Virus record (IMG/VR): IMGVR_UViG_2778261152_000004
Source of the DNA: a virus
Taxonomy: Duplodnaviria; Heunggongvirae; Uroviricota; Caudoviricetes
DNA length: 8,156 bases
Strand: one strand, 5' to 3'
Both the position numbers and the translations under genes were made by a program. Below, piece after piece: positions 1-3,862 of the stretch (within the stretch, counting starts at the first letter, position 1; every line of letters begins with the position of its first letter). The notes under the pieces were generated by a model. That model had not been told where the DNA came from. It saw only the letters and a list, made by a program, of their open reading frames with translations, and did not search any database.

Positions 1-546
1 ACCAAGATTGACGGTCTGAACATCCCCTGCCTGGTTCGTGGCGTTTTTTACGCCATGGACCATAGTGTTTTGATCTTCTTGATCTGTATCTTTATCTGTA
101 TCTTTATCTGTCGTGACTCGTCGTGACATGTGCGTGACATTTCGTGACGCGCCGTGACAATCGCCATTTTGTTCCCGCTTTCTTTCCCTCTCTCGCTGCG
201 CCCTCTTGCGCTCTGCAGGAGATTTTGCGGTTTGCGAAATATTGCCGTTGTCCTCTTTAAGCACCTGGCGTTTTTCCCATCCAGTGATTAAATCACCATC
301 AAGTACCCGCCCCTGCATCGTCTGCAAAATTGAATCAATTACCTCTTCTGTCACGTCGAGCGCACTTGCCAAATCTTCTGTCGTGACATCAATGTGACCT
401 CGCGTGACATTTCGTGACGCGCTCACCAGGAGGTGGATATACACTGCCATCACTGTTGCAATTGGCTGCCCTGACACCCTGGCAATTGTTCGCCACTTAG
501 GGTCATTTGGCATGTCATGCCATAATCTGAGCCAGGCGTTAGCCAT
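1..546 (-). CDS. Replication initiator (lambda O-like), N-terminal 182 codons; 3' end lies beyond the window start
   Basis: My own minus-strand translation (absent from the ORF track because no stop falls in the window): ATG at 544-546 preceded by GAGGTGAG. Protein begins MANAWLRLWHDMPNDPKWRTIARVSGQPIATVMAVYIHLLVSAS... and is open to position 1. Sits in the O position downstream of the cro-like and YdaT-like genes and contains periodic iterons, as O-type initiators do. Confidence 0.6.
   Translation of the reverse strand, partial: MANAWLRLWHDMPNDPKWRTIARVSGQPIATVMAVYIHLLVSASRNVTRGHIDVTTEDLASALDVTEEVIDSILQTMQGRVLDGDLITGWEKRQVLKEDNGNISQTAKSPAERKRAQRERERKREQNGDCHGASRNVTHMSRRVTTDKDTDKDTDQEDQNTMVHGVKNATNQAGDVQTVNLG
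61..160. repeat. Putative replication origin: AT-rich tract with 12-bp tandem repeat (61-110) followed by five CGTGAC iterons
   Basis: CGTGAC at 112-117, 122-127, 133-138, 143-148 and 153-158 (spacing 10/11/10/10 bp, one helical turn). Adjacent 61-110 is AT-rich and holds ctgtatctttat x2 (84-107). Iterons beside an AT-rich stretch inside the initiator gene is the lambda ori layout. Confidence 0.5.
351..422. repeat. Second iteron cluster, including a 21-bp exact direct repeat of the first cluster
   Basis: (C/T)GTGAC at 382-387, 393-398, 403-408 and 413-418 (spacing 11/10/10), plus an inverted copy GTCACG at 351-356. gcgtgacatttcgtgacgcgc occurs exactly at 132-152 and 402-422. Confidence 0.45.
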
Positions 547-617
547 ACTCACCTCTTCTGATACCGAATCTTTTTACTCACGAGTTGCCGGAAGCGATTC
601 GATATGGCTATTGTCAG

Positions 618-1043
618 TCAATGTACTGCCACAGCATTTCCTGCCGGGCCACCACGGTTCATCTGATTGAAACCGGCGATTGCCACTGCGACAAAATCAT
701 CAGCGTCTCTCACCAGTCGCTCCCGCGTCTCCACCAGCTCCCGAAAATAAGCTGAACTGTGGCTGCGCATTCTGGCCACCAGCAAAGGTGGCATTGCCTT
801 TTCGATCGCTGGTAACAACGCCTGAATTTTTTCAACTGCATCAGGGGTGTCTTTCTCTATCCAGCGGAAAATTTTCTGGGTATTGCGAGCCAGGGCTTCC
901 GGATGGCTGTCGTCGTACAGTTCAGGAAACGTCATACCCAACTCAAAATAAGCCTGGGTTATTCCAGCTGCCGGAACTTTTTCGCCATCAGGACGCGCCC
1001 AGGCATTCATCGCCATGCGGATGTGTTCATGCTTGATTTTCAT
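618..1043 (-). CDS. YdaT-like prophage protein (cII-position gene), 141 aa
   Basis: Track ORF 618..1115 trimmed to the internal start MKIKHEHI... (ATG at 1041-1043) preceded by a strong RBS AAGGGGGGA. The N-terminus matches my recollection of the Rac YdaT family. Overlaps the upstream cro-like gene by 17 nt. Confidence 0.65.
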   Translation of the reverse strand: MKIKHEHIRMAMNAWARPDGEKVPAAGITQAYFELGMTFPELYDDSHPEALARNTQKIFRWIEKDTPDAVEKIQALLPAIEKAMPPLLVARMRSHSSAYFRELVETRERLVRDADDFVAVAIAGFNQMNRGGPAGNAVAVH

Positions 1044-1269
1044 GAATCCCCCCTTGGTTAGAAGGCGGATTATGATCAGAACCGGGAATGACAACCGTCG
1101 GTATGTGTAACTCATATTTGAGCGCCCCGGCAGTGACTGCCTGAATTAGCAACGCCCATTTCCACGGAACCTCTTCCCCCCACATGCTGACTGTGGTTTT
1201 TGACGTTCCTAGAGCTGCGGCTGTTTTAACAACTCCGCCAAAATAGCCTAATACTTCTGATTTTTTCAT
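1027..1269 (-). CDS. Cro-like HTH regulator (DicC/YdaS type), 80 aa
   Basis: Track ORF 1027..1317 trimmed to MKKSEVLGYFGGVVKTAAALGTSKTTVSMW... (ATG at 1267-1269, GGAG 8 nt upstream). Small HTH protein transcribed divergently from the repressor. Confidence 0.65.
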   Translation of the reverse strand: MKKSEVLGYFGGVVKTAAALGTSKTTVSMWGEEVPWKWALLIQAVTAGALKYELHIPTVVIPGSDHNPPSNQGGIHENQA

Positions 1270-1298
1270 GAGTCGCTCCATAAAACTGAACGCCAAAA

Positions 1299-1360
1299 GT
1301 TTAATAATCAAAACCAAAGAAAGTCAAGAAACAAAACCATCTGTGTTTTAAAATCAAAAC
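1299..1360. promoter_or_regulatory. Divergent operator/promoter region (OR-like) between the cro-like and repressor genes
   Basis: Two 16-bp palindromes of form GTTTT-N6-AAAAC: gtttaataatcaaaac (1299-1314) and gttttaaaatcaaaac (1345-1360), 14/16 identical, centres 46 bp apart. CAAAAC recurs at 1309, 1332 and 1355 (23-bp spacing). Minus-strand -35 TTGACT at 1322-1327 for the cro-like gene. Plus-strand -10 TAAAAT at 1349-1354 ending 6 nt before the repressor ATG. Confidence 0.45.
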
Positions 1361-1999
1361 ATGAACAAGCAAACAATATCTGAACGCATAACCCAACGTA
1401 TGCATGCGCTAAACCTGAAAGGCAAAGACCTTGTCAATGCCACTGGCGCATCAAAAGGCTCCGTAAGTCAATGGATGAACGGTGGAGGAGCGCCGTCCTC
1501 GCGTTACATAAGTTCACTGGCAAAAATATTGAAAGTAAACGAAAATTGGCTTCTTAATGGAGGAGAGTTAAATACAGGTGATTCGCTTGATCTATCTTTA
1601 CCGCCGATAAAAACGGTTCCGCTACTATCACTTCAGCAGGCAGCAAGCTGGAGTGATTATATGAAAAATTCCTCAATAACCTCTTGTGTGCAGCTTGTCG
1701 GAGAAATCCCGGCCAATACCTTTGCAGTTGTTCTAGAGAGTGACAGTATGTCAACATCTGGTGGGGGAGTTTCCATCCCAAATGGTTCAACAGTTTTTGT
1801 TGATCCCGATCGAACCGTACAACCAGGAAATATTGTCCTTGCCTTACCCAAAGGGACCACAACACCTGTCATTCGTAAACTGGAGATAGAAGGGCCGGAT
1901 ATTCTTTTAGTCCCCACGAATCCTCGCTACCCTTCAATTATGCTGGATGATCTATCTTGCATATTGGGCGTATGCTTTAAAATTCAACAAAATATTTAA
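1361..1999 (+). CDS. cI-type prophage repressor: N-terminal XRE-family HTH plus C-terminal S24 (LexA-like) peptidase domain, 212 aa
   Basis: HTH segment LKGKDLVNATGASKGSVSQWMNG. C-terminal region aligns by eye with lambda cI (ESDSM...VFVDPD...PGNIV...IRKL...LVPTNPRYP vs GDSM...LVDPE...PGDF...FKKL...LQPLNPQYP). Ser129 and Lys173 of the catalytic dyad are present. No SD upstream. Confidence 0.8.
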   Translation: MNKQTISERITQRMHALNLKGKDLVNATGASKGSVSQWMNGGGAPSSRYISSLAKILKVNENWLLNGGELNTGDSLDLSLPPIKTVPLLSLQQAASWSDYMKNSSITSCVQLVGEIPANTFAVVLESDSMSTSGGGVSIPNGSTVFVDPDRTVQPGNIVLALPKGTTTPVIRKLEIEGPDILLVPTNPRYPSIMLDDLSCILGVCFKIQQNI

Positions 2000-2064
2000 C
2001 CGACCTCATCTATTTGATTAACTGTATGCCATCGTGGTGATGGCTTAACAGCTGCCTGCTTAAA

Positions 2065-2112
2065 ATGTTTTGATAAAAAAACATTGACCTGAAAAGTTCA
2101 TTTTTCTAAACT
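2065..2112 (+). promoter_or_regulatory. Putative leftward (dicB-operon) promoter with overlapping operator
   Basis: -35 TTGACC (2084-2089), 17-bp spacer, -10 TAAACT (2107-2112), A-tract upstream. Palindrome ATGTTTT-gataaa-AAAACAT (2065-2084) has the same GTTTT-N6-AAAAC architecture as the OR-like sites and abuts the -35. Confidence 0.4.
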
Positions 2113-2291
2113 TCATTCATTCCCTCTCCCCACCCCACAGAATGCAGGGCAATACTTCTAGTTACCAGGCAGTGGTCAGGGGTTAAGTAGCCAGCCCGAG
2201 GCGTAAGAACATGACGGCAGGGTTCAACTTTAATAACTATGCAGCAGGTTTTTGTTCCGCTACCCCGGCGTTAAGGGGAAATGAGGTCAGC

Positions 2292-2447
2292 ATGGATACT
2301 ATCGATCTTGGCAACAGCGAATCTCTGGTATGTGGCGTGTTCCCCAACCAGGACGGTACGTTCACCGCGATGACGTATACCAAAAGCAAAACGTTTAAAA
2401 CCGAAAATGGTGCCCGTCGCTGGCTGGAAAGAAACTCAGGTGAGTGA
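2292..2447 (+). CDS. ydfA: Small prophage protein, YdfA/YdaF family, 51 aa
   Basis: Track ORF 2211..2447 trimmed to the internal ATG at 2292 (MDTIDLGNSESLVCGVFPNQDGTF...) with GAGG 7 nt upstream. Size and position (first gene after the repressor) match ydfA of the dicB operon. Confidence 0.6.
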   Translation: MDTIDLGNSESLVCGVFPNQDGTFTAMTYTKSKTFKTENGARRWLERNSGE

Positions 2448-2448
2448 T

Positions 2449-2577
2449 ATGGATTTCGACACAATCATGGAAAAGGCTTACGAAGAATACTTCGAAGGTC
2501 TTGCCGACGGCGAAGAAGCTCTCAGCTTCAACGAATTTAAACAGGCGCTTTCCAGTTCGGCAAAATCTAACGGCTGA
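2449..2577 (+). CDS. ydfB: Small prophage protein, YdfB/YdaG family, 42 aa
   Basis: Not in the ORF track (too short). ATG at 2449 lies 1 nt after the ydfA stop with AGGTGA upstream. Translation: MDFDTIMEKAYEEYFEGLADGEEALSFNEFKQALSSSAKSNG. Size and position match ydfB. Confidence 0.55.
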   Translation: MDFDTIMEKAYEEYFEGLADGEEALSFNEFKQALSSSAKSNG

Positions 2578-2606
2578 TAAGCGAAACAGCACCGCGAGGA
2601 ATCAGT

Positions 2607-2825
2607 ATGCAGAAACGAGAACCCGTCATCATCGCGCCAGACTATACCGATGATGAACTTTATGAGTGGATGCGCCAGAAAATTAATGCAGCGCAGGATT
2701 TGAAATGGGCCAATGAAACCAGGGCTAAGCAGGCTGAAAATCTGTCCGCTCTGGAGCAGGATATCACCAATCTGGAAAAAGCAGCGGCATTAAGCATTGC
2801 CAGAATGATTACATACCCGCGTTAG
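2607..2825 (+). CDS. ydfC: Small prophage protein, YdfC family, 72 aa
   Basis: Track ORF with RBS GAGGAA 7 nt upstream; third gene of the ydfABC-dicF-dicB arrangement, size matches ydfC. Confidence 0.6.
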   Translation: MQKREPVIIAPDYTDDELYEWMRQKINAAQDLKWANETRAKQAENLSALEQDITNLEKAAALSIARMITYPR

Positions 2826-2966
2826 TAGCTAATCAACAAAGCTAAGGTTAGTAATTAAGGAGTTCTCCACGGGTGAGGTGGAGTGCGTGCGCCGGACACG
2901 GGTGAGCATCCGGCACTGACAGTTTACTGAAAGGATATTTCCCTGAAAAGTCAGACCATAACGCGA

Positions 2967-3031
2967 AAGCGCACGGCGAGGTAGCTGGTTCATAGATAGC
3001 CTGTCGTTAAATTTTCGTCGACCGTGCGCTT
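2967..3031 (+). other. Long-range RNA stem in the dicF leader (candidate double-strand RNase processing site)
   Basis: aagcgcacggcga (2967-2979) pairs with tcgaccgtgcgctt (3018-3031): 13 bp with one bulge, enclosing a 38-nt loop. Lies in a ~340-nt stretch with no credible ORF. Confidence 0.35.
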
Positions 3032-3165
3032 CCGGTTGTGGCAACCCGCGAAATGGCGCGGCGGTAAGTATGGCGGGGTTATTCCTTCCCCGTTGAGGAC
3101 ACCGGGTTGTCAGGTTGACCATACGCTTAAGTGACAACCCCGCTGCAACGCCCTCTGTTATCAAT

Positions 3166-3223
3166 TTTCTGGTGACGTTTGGCGGTATCAGTTTTACTCC
3201 GTGACTGCTCTGCCGCCCTTTTT
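3166..3223 (+). ncRNA. dicF: DicF small RNA (ftsZ-targeting cell-division inhibitor)
   Basis: Sequence tttctggtgacgtttggcggtatcagttttactccgtgactgctctgccgccc followed by a T5 run matches my recollection of the ~53-nt DicF. Located between ydfC and dicB as in the dicBF operon. Exact 5' end uncertain by a few nt. Confidence 0.65.
3181..3223 (+). terminator. Rho-independent terminator forming the DicF 3' end
   Basis: GGCGG (3181-3185) pairs with CCGCC (3213-3217), followed by c then TTTTT (3219-3223). Confidence 0.5.
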
Positions 3224-3392
3224 AAAGTGAATTTTGTGATGTGGTGAATGCGGCTGAGCGCACGCGGAACAGTTAAAACCAAAAACAGTGTTATGGGTGG
3301 ATTCTCTGTATCCGGCGTTAATTGTTAACTGGTTAACGTCACCTGGAGGCACCAGGCACTGCATCACAAAATTCATTGTTGAGGACGCGATA

Positions 3393-3581
3393 ATGAAAAC
3401 GTTATTACCAAACGTTAATACGTCTGAAGGTTGTTTTGAAATTGGTGTCACTATCAGTAACCCAGTATTTACTGAAGATGCCATTAACAAGAGAAAACAA
3501 GAACGGGAGCTATTAAATAAAATATGCATTGTTTCAATGCTGGCTCGTTTACGTCTGATGCCAAAAGGATGTGCACAATGA
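3393..3581 (+). CDS. dicB: Cell-division inhibitor DicB, 62 aa
   Basis: Track ORF 3288..3581 trimmed to the internal ATG at 3393 (MKTLLPNVNTSEGCFEIGV...) with GAGGA 7 nt upstream. Length and position downstream of dicF match DicB. Confidence 0.7.
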   Translation: MKTLLPNVNTSEGCFEIGVTISNPVFTEDAINKRKQERELLNKICIVSMLARLRLMPKGCAQ

Positions 3582-3769
3582 ATTCAGCATTTGTGCTTGT
3601 TCTGACAGTTTTTCTTGTTTCCGGAGAGCCAGTTGATATTGCAGTCAGTGTGCACAGGACAATGCAGGAGTGTATGACTGCAGCAACCGAACAGAAAATT
3701 CCCGGTAACTGTTACCCGGTCGATAAAGTTATTCACCAGGATAATAACGAAATCCCGGCAGGTCTTTAA
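3578..3769 (+). CDS. ydfD: YdfD-family small membrane protein (reported lysis-type toxin), 63 aa
   Basis: Track ORF 3524..3769 trimmed to the ATG at 3578, which overlaps the dicB stop as ATGA. N-terminus MNSAFVLVLTVFLVSG is hydrophobic. Size and position match ydfD. Confidence 0.65.
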   Translation: MNSAFVLVLTVFLVSGEPVDIAVSVHRTMQECMTAATEQKIPGNCYPVDKVIHQDNNEIPAGL

Positions 3770-3862
3770 AACAGTTCCGTAATAAATATCCGGTTTCATT
3801 CTTATATGCCAGCAATGGCAGGGATTTGTTCATCCTTAAATCTGTCATGAGGTTAAAACAAA

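Noticed and set aside
84-160. CRISPR-like array of short repeats
   Set aside because: Repeat units are 10-12 bp with no spacers of CRISPR size and lie inside a coding sequence; they are iterons and tandem repeats, not CRISPR.
206-670. Plus-strand track ORFs 206..397 and 404..670
   Set aside because: They start with non-ATG codons, give low-complexity Ser/Thr/Cys-rich products, and lie antisense to the much more protein-like O-like reading frame on the minus strand, so they are shadow ORFs.
680-1036. Plus-strand ORF antisense to the YdaT-like gene
   Set aside because: Pro/Ala-rich low-complexity translation with no RBS; the opposite strand carries a recognisable family member with a strong RBS.
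1554-1917. Minus-strand ORFs 1554..1865 and 1657..1917 inside the repressor gene
   Set aside because: Antisense to a well-supported HTH plus S24 repressor; no independent signals.
2028-2044. Hairpin gccatc-gtggt-gatggc after the repressor gene as an intrinsic terminator
   Set aside because: Only a 6-bp stem and no following T-run, so it is not a convincing Rho-independent terminator; it may still be a minor structural element.
2211-2291. N-terminal extension of ydfA from the track start at 2211
   Set aside because: The internal ATG at 2292 has a GAGG RBS at correct spacing and gives the 51-aa length expected for the family; the extension has no RBS.
2237-2653. Track ORFs 2237..2464(-), 2395..2592(-) and 2444..2653(+) overlapping ydfA/ydfB/ydfC
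   Set aside because: Out of frame with or antisense to the tightly coupled ydfA-ydfB-ydfC series; compositionally odd (Arg/Ser-rich).
2829-3164. Minus-strand 111-aa ORF (TTG start) across the dicF leader
   Set aside because: Non-ATG start, Arg-rich composition typical of translating GC-rich structured RNA antisense, no RBS; the region is better explained as a processed leader.
2830-3165. Retron-like msr/msd non-coding RNA
   Set aside because: Considered because of the dense stem-loops, but there is no reverse transcriptase gene nearby and the region sits where the known dicF precursor leader lies.
3194-3529. Minus-strand 111-aa ORF antisense to DicF and dicB
   Set aside because: Overlaps the DicF terminator and dicB on the opposite strand; no supporting signals.
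3584-3799. Minus-strand 71-aa ORF antisense to ydfD
   Set aside because: Overlaps ydfD on the opposite strand and has no RBS; ydfD is supported by ATGA coupling with dicB and a hydrophobic N-terminus.
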